Positions 1-9,819 of a stretch of DNA of 64,000 nt are shown here, piece after piece. A program made the translations under genes and the position numbers. The stretch lies in contig CAZWIT010000001.1 in NCBI GenBank assembly GCA_964633905.1, positions 329 to 64,328 on the forward strand, read 5' to 3'. Positions within the stretch are counted from its first letter, which is position 1, and the number at the start of each line of letters is the position of its first letter. This stretch comes from an uncultured Gammaproteobacteria bacterium. Its GTDB lineage: Bacteria > Patescibacteriota > Patescibacteriia > UBA1558 > GWA2-36-10. Below the pieces are notes generated by a model. The model had not been told where the DNA came from. It did not search any database and saw nothing but the letters and a program-made list of their open reading frames with translations.

Positions 1-63
1 AACCGGTTTGACCCAGTTAACATCTTAGCAGGATGCCCCTTTCAACCACTCAGGCACCTCTCC
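1..63 (-). tRNA. tRNA-Ser(GCT), 3' part cut off by the window edge
   Basis: Reverse complement GGAGAGGTGCCTGAGTGGTTGAAAGGGGCATCCT-GCT-AAGATGTTAACTGGGTCAAACCGGTT: D-loop GG, anticodon arm CATC/GATG, long variable arm. Confidence 0.93.
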
Positions 64-250
64 GTGAAACTAAATTTTTAAATATTAATAAACTTATCTT
101 TTAATCGAAAATTTTAAATTGGCAATATTCGCCCCGTAAATGACCCCGAGCTTGCTGAGGGGGAATTGTCCGGAGCACCTCTGCTTTTTATAAAGTAAAA
201 ACTTTAATAATAACTATACTTTGTTTTATATTTTCTATTTTAACCTCTTT

Positions 251-280
251 CCGCCTATGGCGGGACCCCGCCATAGGCGG
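251..280. repeat. GC-rich perfect inverted repeat built from two CCGCC-NNN-GGCGG mini-hairpins
   Basis: ccgcctatggcggg-ac-cccgccataggcgg, 14-bp perfect arms. Confidence 0.85.
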
Positions 281-336
281 TGGCCAAGTAAAAATAAGTA
301 GCTATAGCATAATATATTTTTTGTTTTTTGGCAAGG

Positions 337-1002
337 TTAGTTTTTAGCTAAAACTAGGCAAATTATATTAGAAAAACCAGCATTTTGTAGGGTTTTGGCA
401 GCTTCATTTAAGGTGGCGCCAGTTGTAGCCACATCATCGATAATTATAATAGTTCTTTTTTTGCTAATATTAGCTAAATTAATTTTATTGTTTATCTTAA
501 AAGCATCAATAATATTATTAAGTCTTTCATTTTTTGCTAATTTTGCTTGTTTTTTAGTATTTTTTTGTCTAATTAATAAAGGATAGTATTCAAGCTTAAG
601 TTCTTTAGCTAAGCCCAGGGCCAGCAATTTAGTTTGATCAAAACCTCTTTGCTGCCTTCTTTTAAAATGTAAACTAGGATTAGTAATAATAGTATCAGAA
701 CTTAAGTTTAAATTTTGAGCCTGTTTAGCTAAAATTTTTATTAAATAAATATCTAGATTACGGAAATATTTATATTTAAAAGTTTTAATTAATTTTTGTG
801 TCAGAGGCAAACTATAGTCTAAACAAACATAGCATTTTTTAAATATAAAATCATTAATTGGCCAGGCTTCATGATCGCTGTTTTGTAAGGGGATAGAGTT
901 TAGGCATTTTGGACAAAGCAAATCTCCTTCTTGTTGGCAAGATAGACAAAATTTTGGCCAGATATAATCAAGCCAGTTATTTATTAATTTTTTCCAAGTC
1001 AT
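337..1002 (-). CDS. comF: ComF family protein (double zinc ribbon + phosphoribosyltransferase domain)
   Basis: N-terminal CxxC..CxxC, RGFDQ, PRPP-binding IIIDDVATTGATL. Confidence 0.92.
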   Translation of the reverse strand: MTWKKLINNWLDYIWPKFCLSCQQEGDLLCPKCLNSIPLQNSDHEAWPINDFIFKKCYVCLDYSLPLTQKLIKTFKYKYFRNLDIYLIKILAKQAQNLNLSSDTIITNPSLHFKRRQQRGFDQTKLLALGLAKELKLEYYPLLIRQKNTKKQAKLAKNERLNNIIDAFKINNKINLANISKKRTIIIIDDVATTGATLNEAAKTLQNAGFSNIICLVLAKN

Positions 1003-1029
1003 AATCGCTTTTCTTAAGAGGTGATTAAA

Positions 1030-3504
1030 CTATTTGATAATTATTTTTTCTTTTTCCAAAGATAAATTAATATTTTTTTGTTTATTGCTTAGCAATTGTT
1101 TGGCAATCATGTTAGTAATAGTCTCATCAACTAAACGTTGTAAACTACGGGCGCCTTCTTTGCTGGCTTTAGCATTTTTAAGCAGATAATTAATAATAGT
1201 TTTATCAAATTTTAAATTGATATTTTGTTTAGCTAAGCTTTGTTGTAAATTTTCTAAATTTAGAGTAATTATTTTTTTGGCAGCTTGGATAGAAAGTGGT
1301 TCAAAGACAATAACATTATTTAAACGATTGATAAATTCAGGGGGGAAATAATTATTCAAAGAAGAGGTAATACGCTTGCTAGTTTTTTGCCAATCAGTAA
1401 TTGGTTTTTTTTCTTCTTCAGTAGTAAACCCAAGCTCTGCTTGTTGGTTAAAATCTTGTAAGCCAACATTTGAAGTCATGACGATAATGCAATTACGGAA
1501 ATTGACAGTACGTCCAGTAGCGTCAGTTAGTTCGCCTTCTTCTAAAATTGGTAAGAGCAAATTATAAACATCAGGATGAGCCTTTTCTACTTCATCAAGT
1601 AGTATTAGAGTATAAGGTTTGTTTTTGACAACATCAGTCAGCTTATTACCTTCACGATAGCCAACGTAACCAGCTGGGGCGCCGATTAGTTTTGAAATAT
1701 TAAAGCTTTCGGCAAATTCAGACATATCTATTCTTAGCATATTGTGAGTGCCACCAAAAACATATTGTGCTAAACGTTTGGCTGTTTCGGTTTTACCAAC
1801 ACCAGAAGGTCCTAGCAGTAGAAAAGAGGCTAGGGGCTTATTGCTAGCACCTAAGCCAGTTTTAGCTTGGCGAATAGTATTGGCAATAGTAGTCAAGGCT
1901 TTGGCTTGGCCAAAAATATGTTGGCTTAATTTTTTTTCTAAATTGAGTAATCGTTGATTGTCGTCGCTAGTTAGGTTAGTGCTGGGAATACCGGTCATTT
2001 CCGAAATAATACTTTGGATATTGCTGGCATTGATTTTGCCTAATTTAGCTTTTTGTTGTTTGTCTTCTTGGGCTTGTAGTTTTAGTAATTCTTCAATATG
2101 TTTGTCTTCTTGATCTTTATAATTTATAGCCGATAAATAATCTTCGGCAAGTATGGCTTGCTTTTTATTTTCTTGAGCATTGTTTATTTTATCTTCTTGC
2201 GCCTTAATTTGTTTAGCTAAACTATTTTTAGTATTTAAAACTTTAATTCTAGCAGCTGCTTCGTCAATTAAATCAATGGCTTTATCGGGCAATTTTTTAT
2301 CTGGTAAAAAGCGCTTACTTAAAACAACAGCTGCTTCTAAAGCATCGTCTTCAATGTTTACTTTATGAAATTTTTCGTAGTTTTTACGAATACCTTTTAA
2401 AATTTCTAAAGTTTCGGCTTCAGTTGATTCATTAATAATTATTGCTTGAAAACGCCTTTCAAGAGCGCGGTCGCTTTCAATATGTTTTTTGTATTCTTCA
2501 AAAGTAGTGGCGCCAATGCAACGCAGACTGCCTCTTGCTAAAGCAGGTTTTAAAATATTAGCCGCATCCAGTGATCCAGCGGTAGCGCCAGCGCCCATAA
2601 TAGTATGCAGTTCATCGATAAATAAGATAATGTTGGGATTATCTTTGATATCATTTATAATTTGTTTTAAGCGGCTTTCAAATTCACCCCTGTACATAGT
2701 GCCAGCTAAAAGGCTAGGGATGTCTAAATTTAATATTTTTTTATGTAATAAAACATCAGGCACTTGGTTTTCTAAAATACGTTTAGCTAGCCCCTCAATA
2801 ATAGCAGTTTTGCCAACGCCAGCATCACCCAAAAGAACGGGGTTATTTTTGGTGCGACGAGACAAAATTTCGATTAAACGATTAATTTCTTTTTCGCGAC
2901 CGATTACAGGATCAATATCAGCTTGGATTTTGGAGCTAGTTAAGTTAATAGTAAAATTATCCAAAGGGCTATTGTCGCCTAAATTTTCTTCAATCATATT
3001 TTCTAGTTCGTGAATTTTTTCATCACTGGCTAGATCATTAAATTTGGAAGTGCTTTTTAAAACTAAGCTTAAATGTTGGCGTAAATTTTTTAGATCAATA
3101 TTAGCAGCCGCAAAAGTAAGTTTTGTTTCTTCGTCTTCATTTTCAGATAATCCCCAAAGCAAATGCTCGGTGCCAACATATTTGTGTTGGAATTTATAAG
3201 CTGTTACCACGGCTTTTTCAATAATTACTTGCAAGGCTGGGGACGGTTGCGGTAAATCATTAGGATTAATATTTTCAGTTTGGTAATCAGTGCTAATGGT
3301 TTGGCTAATAAAATCTTTATTGATATTTTGTTTTACCAAAATATCAGAGCCTAGAGCTCCTTTGGTATTTATTAAAGAGGCGAGTAAATCAACTACTTCA
3401 ATTTGATTAGCCTTTTTAGCAAAGGCAATATTTTGGGCGTTGATTAAGACCTTTTTAAAATGATAAGTAAATTTATCTAAAATATTTTGTGACTGATCAA
3501 ACAT
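1030..3504 (-). CDS. clpC: ATP-dependent Clp protease ATP-binding subunit (ClpC-type)
   Basis: Clp-N repeats, GDAGVGKT and GPSGVGKT Walker A, LFIDELH and LLDEVEKAHPDV, UVR-like coil. Confidence 0.93.
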   Translation of the reverse strand: MFDQSQNILDKFTYHFKKVLINAQNIAFAKKANQIEVVDLLASLINTKGALGSDILVKQNINKDFISQTISTDYQTENINPNDLPQPSPALQVIIEKAVVTAYKFQHKYVGTEHLLWGLSENEDEETKLTFAAANIDLKNLRQHLSLVLKSTSKFNDLASDEKIHELENMIEENLGDNSPLDNFTINLTSSKIQADIDPVIGREKEINRLIEILSRRTKNNPVLLGDAGVGKTAIIEGLAKRILENQVPDVLLHKKILNLDIPSLLAGTMYRGEFESRLKQIINDIKDNPNIILFIDELHTIMGAGATAGSLDAANILKPALARGSLRCIGATTFEEYKKHIESDRALERRFQAIIINESTEAETLEILKGIRKNYEKFHKVNIEDDALEAAVVLSKRFLPDKKLPDKAIDLIDEAAARIKVLNTKNSLAKQIKAQEDKINNAQENKKQAILAEDYLSAINYKDQEDKHIEELLKLQAQEDKQQKAKLGKINASNIQSIISEMTGIPSTNLTSDDNQRLLNLEKKLSQHIFGQAKALTTIANTIRQAKTGLGASNKPLASFLLLGPSGVGKTETAKRLAQYVFGGTHNMLRIDMSEFAESFNISKLIGAPAGYVGYREGNKLTDVVKNKPYTLILLDEVEKAHPDVYNLLLPILEEGELTDATGRTVNFRNCIIVMTSNVGLQDFNQQAELGFTTEEEKKPITDWQKTSKRITSSLNNYFPPEFINRLNNVIVFEPLSIQAAKKIITLNLENLQQSLAKQNINLKFDKTIINYLLKNAKASKEGARSLQRLVDETITNMIAKQLLSNKQKNINLSLEKEKIIIK

Positions 3505-3505
3505 A

Positions 3506-4372
3506 TTACATGCTTCTTAAAGCGTTAATTCTTTTTTCAATAGGGGGGTGAGTAGAAAATAGATTGTTAGCTCCTGCTTTGAATGGGTTAGAAATATAAA
3601 GATGAGCCGTAGCTTTATTAGCGTGTGCTAAGGGCTGATTTTGTTTACTAATTTTTTCTAAAGCTCGAGCTAAACCCTCTGGGTAGCGAGTTAAGAGAGC
3701 GCCCGAAGCATCAGCTAAAAATTCGCGTCGGCGGGAAATAGCTAGTTGGATTAATTTGGCGAATATCGGCGATAAAATAGCTAAAACAATACCAATAATA
3801 GCGATTAAGCCGTTGTTATTTCGATCAGAGCCGCGGCTACGAAATAGGGAACCGCGGATTAACCAATCGGCTAGTAGTGTAATAACACCTACGCAAACAA
3901 TGACTATCATCATTAAGCGGATATCATAATTTTTAATATGAGAGAGTTCGTGGGCAATGACACCTTCTAGTTCTTCATTTTCAAGAGCACTTATAATACC
4001 AGTGGTAAGGGCGATGGAGGCGTGTTTAGGATCTCGGCCAGTAGCAAAGGCATTCATGCTGCTATCATTGATAATATAAACTTTGGGCATAGTAATGCCA
4101 CTGCTAATACTTAAGTTTTCAACTAAACGCCAAACATAAGGATTATCTTCTTTTTTTATTTCTTGAGCGCCAGCTGTGCTTAAGGCGATTTTATCGCCAG
4201 CAAACCAGCTTACTAAATTCAAAGTAGTAGCCAAAATAATAGCCAGAATTACTGGAGTATAACTATCATTACTGTAGTATCCCCAAGCCCAAGCTAGAGC
4301 GACAATAACTAGGGCAAAAATAAACATTAAGAGCCAACTTTTGCGTTTATTACTATCAATTTGATTATACAT
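3506..4372 (-). CDS. htpX: Zinc metalloprotease HtpX (M48)
   Basis: NAFATG, AHELSHIKNYD, SRRREFLAD, FSTHPP. Confidence 0.95.
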   Translation of the reverse strand: MYNQIDSNKRKSWLLMFIFALVIVALAWAWGYYSNDSYTPVILAIILATTLNLVSWFAGDKIALSTAGAQEIKKEDNPYVWRLVENLSISSGITMPKVYIINDSSMNAFATGRDPKHASIALTTGIISALENEELEGVIAHELSHIKNYDIRLMMIVIVCVGVITLLADWLIRGSLFRSRGSDRNNNGLIAIIGIVLAILSPIFAKLIQLAISRRREFLADASGALLTRYPEGLARALEKISKQNQPLAHANKATAHLYISNPFKAGANNLFSTHPPIEKRINALRSM

Positions 4373-4442
4373 GTTTAGAATTTTATTTTGTTAACTTATT
4401 TATAAAACTATAATATTATAAAGGCTTTTTGTCAATAATTAA

Positions 4443-4482
4443 AAAATAACCTTCGAGGTCGCGTGACCTCGAAGGTTATTTT
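4443..4482. terminator. Perfect 18-bp hairpin, probable intrinsic terminator after lemA
   Basis: aaaataaccttcgaggtc-gcgt-gacctcgaaggttatttt. Confidence 0.75.
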
Positions 4483-4492
4483 GTTGTCCATT

Positions 4493-5047
4493 TTAAAATT
4501 GTACTTTAACGTTTTCTTTTTCTTCTCCCTTGGCTTCAAAATATTCATAAGCAGTAAATTTCAACATGCTAGCAATCAGGTTAGTGGGGAAGACTTGAAT
4601 TTTAGTATTAAAGTCTCTAACTTGACCATTGTAGAAACGACGAGAGGCTTGGATTTTATTTTCGGTGTCAGAAATTTCATCCTGTAATTGTAAAAAGTTT
4701 TGGGAAGCTTTGAGTTCGGGGTAACCTTCAGCAACAGCAAATAAACTTTTTAAAGTACCAGATAAAGCATTTTCAGCTTCAGCTTTGCTTTGAGCACCAG
4801 TGGCTTGCATGGCTTGACTACGAGCTTGAGTAACTTTGGTAAAAACACTGTCTTCGTGTTTCATATAACCACGAACAGTTTCGACTAAGTTAGGGATCAA
4901 ATCATAACGTCTTTTGAGTTGGACATCAATGTCTGACCAGGCTTCTTGCACTCTATTTTTGAGGCGGATTAAAGAATTGTAAACACCGGCTAGCCAAAGT
5001 AGCAATAATATGACTATGACTAGGACGATTATTAATGCAGTAGGCAT
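4493..5047 (-). CDS. lemA: LemA family protein
   Basis: N-terminal [33 protein letters not shown]; adjacent to htpX. Confidence 0.96.
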   Translation of the reverse strand: MPTALIIVLVIVILLLLWLAGVYNSLIRLKNRVQEAWSDIDVQLKRRYDLIPNLVETVRGYMKHEDSVFTKVTQARSQAMQATGAQSKAEAENALSGTLKSLFAVAEGYPELKASQNFLQLQDEISDTENKIQASRRFYNGQVRDFNTKIQVFPTNLIASMLKFTAYEYFEAKGEEKENVKVQF

Positions 5048-5232
5048 AATTTTGTCTATTATTTGATTAATTTATAACCATTTAATTTTACTAGATATTA
5101 ACATATTTAGCAAATATAGCCTATTTTTTTTATTTATCCACAAGCCTAGTATTAAAGCGGCAAAATATGTTATAATTAGGTCTAGAAAATAGAATATAAA
5201 TAAATAAATTTCATTATTTTAAATAAAAAAAT

Positions 5233-6189
5233 ATGAAGACTTATAAACCAAACCTGATTTTGTCTCTTTTGGTATTAATTGTTTCTTTTTTAAGCATTTT
5301 GGTAATTAATAAACAAGTATTTGCAGTTTGGTATTATCCTCAGGATACACCACCAAATACTAGTATTAATAATAATTTTGTTTTTAATCCAGCTACCGAA
5401 AATTTTAATCTAGGTACTTATAGTTTGTGTTTAGGCGGTGTTTGTAAAGATGCTTGGCCAGCTGGTGGAGGCGGGGGTAGCGATGCTAATTGGTCTATTA
5501 ATACCGCTAGTAGTAATGATTTGTATTATACTACTAGTAGCCCAGCTAGTGGTGAAGTAGGCATTGGTACTAGTACGCCTAATAGTTTGTTGCATTTATA
5601 TAAAATTAGTGGCAATAACGCCGAACTTGATATTCAAAGCGCTGCTGGTGTTAATAATCATTGGGGTATTTATCAAGATCGCTCAAGTAAAGATTTACGA
5701 TTTTGGCAGGGCAGTAATCGAGTTACTTTTGCTGATAGTGGCGAAGTTAGTATTGGTGCGGATCCAGTAGTTGGTGTGCCCTTGTATGTAAATAGTAGTT
5801 CGGCATCTGTATCAATTTTTGCTAATAATACTTATCTAGGCATAGGCGGTGGTACTGGCTTTATGGGCATAGGTACTGGTACAGGTATATTAGGATCAGC
5901 TCCTATTTATGGTGTTCAAGGTATATCTTCGTCTGCTACTGTTGCTACTGGGGCTGGTATATATGGTCAAAATTTTGCTGGTGGTTTAGCGGCTAAATTT
6001 GATGGACCTATTGCTTTAAATGGTAATACTACAGTAGCAAGTGGTAGTTATTTGCAAATTTCAAGTGGCAAATTAGCCCCAGTAGCTGGTGCTTGTACTG
6101 CCAGTGATAGCGGTAGATTATATCTTGCTACTGATGTGCCTACTTTATATTTTTGTAGTAAAGGTACTTGGCTAGGCCTTGTTCCATAA
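5233..6189 (+). CDS. Secreted Gly/Ser-rich beta-repeat protein (VGIGTSTP-type fibre-like)
   Basis: Signal peptide, LCLGGVCKDAWP, GGGGS linker, VGIGTSTP..LH, GVxG repeats, C-terminal C..GRLY..LYFC..W. Confidence 0.7.
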   Translation: MKTYKPNLILSLLVLIVSFLSILVINKQVFAVWYYPQDTPPNTSINNNFVFNPATENFNLGTYSLCLGGVCKDAWPAGGGGGSDANWSINTASSNDLYYTTSSPASGEVGIGTSTPNSLLHLYKISGNNAELDIQSAAGVNNHWGIYQDRSSKDLRFWQGSNRVTFADSGEVSIGADPVVGVPLYVNSSSASVSIFANNTYLGIGGGTGFMGIGTGTGILGSAPIYGVQGISSSATVATGAGIYGQNFAGGLAAKFDGPIALNGNTTVASGSYLQISSGKLAPVAGACTASDSGRLYLATDVPTLYFCSKGTWLGLVP

Positions 6190-6212
6190 AGTATTTTTTA
6201 TTTTAAAGATCA

Positions 6213-9200
6213 ATGAAATATATTTCCCATTATCATTTTTTCAGTAGGCTAATAATTAGCCTAATGATTTTTGTTTTGGGATTTTTTATGTTGCAAAAAT
6301 CAGTCTCAACTACCGCTCAAGTATCGCCAGCTGACAGTATCGATCTTACTGGTTGGGCTTGGAATGAAAAAGTAGGCTGGATTAGTTTAAACTGTAACAA
6401 TGATTTTGATGGCGATGGAGATTTAGATAATCAATGTGCTTCGGGTAATTATGGTTTAGAAGTAGTCAATATTGACCTAAATGGTGTTACGACACCTTAT
6501 ATTCAAGGTTGTGCTTGGGCAGGCAATCCTTTAACTAATAGTAAACAATGTAGCGATACTGGCTTGCCTTGTGTAAATGATGCGGCTTGTTCTCCTTCGG
6601 GCACTTGCGAAGCAGTAACCTTGGGTTGGTTATGTTTTTCTGATCCAGGCGGCACTAATGCCCCTGTTAATGGCGTGCCTATTATACAATCAGATTTTTC
6701 TACTCAATTTTGGCAATGTCAGCCAGAAATGGGTTATTGTAATAATGATATTAATCAGTCCTGTAATATTTTCGGGGCCTGTGGCGCTAATAATTGGTGT
6801 GTCCAGCCACTATTTCAGGGTGTTTGTTATAATTATGATGATGCCTATGCTAGCTTGTATCCGCCTAGTATAGCAGGGCTCTCTAAAGAGCAATTAGTTA
6901 ATAATTATGATCCAACTGGGCCTCAACCAGAAGGTTGGCGTTACTGTTATGTTGATTCTAATTGCGCTAATGTTGCTGATGGCGAGGAATGCGTTTATCC
7001 TCAGGTTAATGGCAGAGGTGATTGCGCGGTTGAGCTTGGCGGTGTTGTTTCCTACTCTGGTCAGAACTGTACGTTTGATGATGACTGTATAGATTTTAGT
7101 ATTCCAGGTATAGAATTTTGTGAAATTCAACCAGCAACAGATTTTATTAACCAGTCAGATTGTACAGCCTTGCCTCACACTTGTGATAACGGTTATTATT
7201 GTGCTGCGCAAGCTCCTGTAGATTATATTGCTTATCCTTATGCTCTTGATTATATTAATTTAAATAATAGTGCTAGTTTTTTGAAAATAGATAATGCTTG
7301 GCCAGGTGAGAATTTAGTAAGTTTTCCCATTGATATTAAATTACAGAATAATGTTTTACCATTAAACGATTTTTATGATCCAGATAACCCAGACGCAGAT
7401 GTTAGTTGGTCGGCTGCAAATCCAATTAATGGTTGTTTTAATTGTTATGTTGAAGAAACTAAAAGATGTACGCCTAATTTAAACGCAGTTTGTAATGATA
7501 ATAGCGATTGCCTTGGCGTTTGTAATACAATTACTAATAAATGTAATAATAATCCAAATAAATCATGTACAGTAGCAACTCAAGATGTTGATTGCCAAGA
7601 ACAATGTGTGGTAACTCAAACTAAAAATAAATGTGATAATTGCTTAGAATATTTTTATTATAAAGATGAAACAGTAAAGCGTTGTAATAATGATGATCAG
7701 TTTTCAGCATGTGATACAGATAGTGATTGCTACACTGATGATACTTGTGATGGCTCAACTGGTTATTGTTTTTACCAACCAAATATTGCTTGTAGTGTAG
7801 ATCGTGATTGTCAAGGTTTTTGCGTTGAATATCAAACTAATTGGCGTTGTTCGGATTACAATTATTTTTATTGTCGTGACGGTAATGCCGAGGATTGTGT
7901 AACTCCTGATATTTGTAATTTGCCTACTTGTCGTTCAGATGCTAGCAATATTTGTTCTTATGATGGTGTGGCTGGCGGTTGTGTAAATGGTGATCGTTGC
8001 AGCGTTGATCGTAAATGCGATGGTAATTATTTATTGCCACATTGTTCAACTGATTTAGACTGTTTAAACACTTGTTCAAGTGAAACAAATAAATGTACTA
8101 TGAGCGGCAATGACTGCGTTGATAATGCTGATTGTCAAAATGTCTGCTTAGTAGGTACTACTGATAAATGTTCTATCACTAATAATGACTGTACTTCTGA
8201 TGCAGATTGTGCCAGTGCTGATTTATCTTGCCCAGGCGTTCCTGGTTATTGTTATAATAACACTTCTTGTAATGATGACGCAGACTGTGCCTCTGATTAT
8301 TATTGTCCAACACCTCATTGTTCCAATAATCCAGCTCAAGTTTGCGCTACAAATTATGATTGTTTAGCATCTTCTAGCGATTATGGTACTTGTCAGGAAA
8401 AAACAGTTGGTGCTTTAGAAAAAGTGTTAGCTGGCTATAATTGTTCAGACTGCAATATTCAAAATTTAGAAAACAGTTGTACGCTTAATGCTTATAATAA
8501 AAATATAAATAATTGTGGCACTTGTGAATATTTTTTCAAAACTCCGGGAGTGATTTTAGATAATCATCATAATCGTTTAAATGCTGCTAGTGGCGAAACA
8601 GCAAATTTATGTGGTTGGGGATGGAGTTTTAGTGATGATCAACAGCTAGGTGGTTTAGGCTGGATTAATTTTTCACCAGCTATCACCACGAGTTCTAATC
8701 CTTATTTTTCCGTAGAGCAGGGTAATATTTATGGACAAAAAAATATTTTAAGTCGTTATAATCCACCTTTTCGTAAGTACAACGCCTCTTATCTGATTGA
8801 GTCAGGTGGCAGTATCAATAATTTAGTTAGTTCTAGTACAATTTCAGAAATTTTCCAGGGTGAGCTTGCTTATCGTCCTAATTTAGATTTTTTACGAGAT
8901 AGTGCTAATAGTGGTAAATATAAAAATGTTTTAGGTACCTTGGATTATATGGGCTTAATTACTCCCGCCCAAGCCAATGGTGATCCCATTAATAAATGGG
9001 GCGGCGAAATAGTTGATGTAGCAAATGGTGCGGACCTAGTTAGTAAGGTCAATAATGATGCTATGGCTAATAAAGTTTTTTATGTTAAGGCAGCATCTTT
9101 GCCAGGTGGTACTTTAGATATTGATAGTGAAATAATTTTTAAAATTGGTCAAAATAAAGATAGTGGCGCTGGTATTATAATTATTGAGGGTAATTTGGCT

Positions 9201-9620
9201 ATTAATAAAAATATCACTTATCAGTCTAGCGGTGGGGCAGCTCCTGTTATTCGATATTTAAAAAATATTCCCTCAGCAGTTTGGATAGTCAAAGGCGATG
9301 TAGCCTTGGATCCTAGTGTGACAGATTTAGCTGGCACTTTTGTAGTTTTAGGAGATGGTAATAGTTGTTCTCTTCCGCAAGCTGGTTGTGGTCAATTCAA
9401 GACTGGCAGTGTAATGAGTAGCGCTGATTTGCAATTAAAAGTATCAGGTAGTGTTTTGGCTAAGCGTTTTTATTTAGATCGTTTATTTGTAGATACAAAT
9501 CCAAATAGCCCAACTTATCGAGAGCCAGCAGAAAAATTTAGCAATGATGGTCGTTTGCAGGCTAATCCACCCTTAGGTTTGTCAGATTTTAGTAAAGCTA
9601 TACCTAGGTTTAGTAATTAA
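6213..9620 (+). CDS. Large secreted cysteine-rich repeat surface protein
   Basis: Signal peptide, GWAW..GWI motifs, many CxxDxDC modules, C-terminal beta-rich domain. Confidence 0.8.
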   Translation: MKYISHYHFFSRLIISLMIFVLGFFMLQKSVSTTAQVSPADSIDLTGWAWNEKVGWISLNCNNDFDGDGDLDNQCASGNYGLEVVNIDLNGVTTPYIQGCAWAGNPLTNSKQCSDTGLPCVNDAACSPSGTCEAVTLGWLCFSDPGGTNAPVNGVPIIQSDFSTQFWQCQPEMGYCNNDINQSCNIFGACGANNWCVQPLFQGVCYNYDDAYASLYPPSIAGLSKEQLVNNYDPTGPQPEGWRYCYVDSNCANVADGEECVYPQVNGRGDCAVELGGVVSYSGQNCTFDDDCIDFSIPGIEFCEIQPATDFINQSDCTALPHTCDNGYYCAAQAPVDYIAYPYALDYINLNNSASFLKIDNAWPGENLVSFPIDIKLQNNVLPLNDFYDPDNPDADVSWSAANPINGCFNCYVEETKRCTPNLNAVCNDNSDCLGVCNTITNKCNNNPNKSCTVATQDVDCQEQCVVTQTKNKCDNCLEYFYYKDETVKRCNNDDQFSACDTDSDCYTDDTCDGSTGYCFYQPNIACSVDRDCQGFCVEYQTNWRCSDYNYFYCRDGNAEDCVTPDICNLPTCRSDASNICSYDGVAGGCVNGDRCSVDRKCDGNYLLPHCSTDLDCLNTCSSETNKCTMSGNDCVDNADCQNVCLVGTTDKCSITNNDCTSDADCASADLSCPGVPGYCYNNTSCNDDADCASDYYCPTPHCSNNPAQVCATNYDCLASSSDYGTCQEKTVGALEKVLAGYNCSDCNIQNLENSCTLNAYNKNINNCGTCEYFFKTPGVILDNHHNRLNAASGETANLCGWGWSFSDDQQLGGLGWINFSPAITTSSNPYFSVEQGNIYGQKNILSRYNPPFRKYNASYLIESGGSINNLVSSSTISEIFQGELAYRPNLDFLRDSANSGKYKNVLGTLDYMGLITPAQANGDPINKWGGEIVDVANGADLVSKVNNDAMANKVFYVKAASLPGGTLDIDSEIIFKIGQNKDSGAGIIIIEGNLAINKNITYQSSGGAAPVIRYLKNIPSAVWIVKGDVALDPSVTDLAGTFVVLGDGNSCSLPQAGCGQFKTGSVMSSADLQLKVSGSVLAKRFYLDRLFVDTNPNSPTYREPAEKFSNDGRLQANPPLGLSDFSKAIPRFSN

Positions 9621-9650
9621 TTTGGCTTGTAAGTGATAAATATGTTATAA

Positions 9651-9797
9651 TTTACCCAGTGAAATACCGCCACCAGTAATGTTATTTATATAATAAGCTA
9701 TCTCAATTTAGTATTAAAATATTGAGTATTAATTTAATAAAAATATTAATTAGCGGTAGTTTCCGCTTGAAGAGCGGAAACTATTTCACGGGGTAAA
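9651..9797. repeat. Split-palindrome element copy 1 (upstream of pilM)
   Basis: tttacccagtgaaata ... tatttcacggggtaaa (16 bp, 1 mismatch) enclosing two TA-bounded stems. Confidence 0.85.
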
Positions 9798-9819
9798 GAT
9801 AATAAAAAGAGTAGATATT

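Noticed and set aside
7400-8400. Possible CRISPR or DGR-like repeats in the Cys-rich gene
   Set aside because: Repeats are degenerate at protein level only; no identical DNA repeats with spacers, no cas or RT gene
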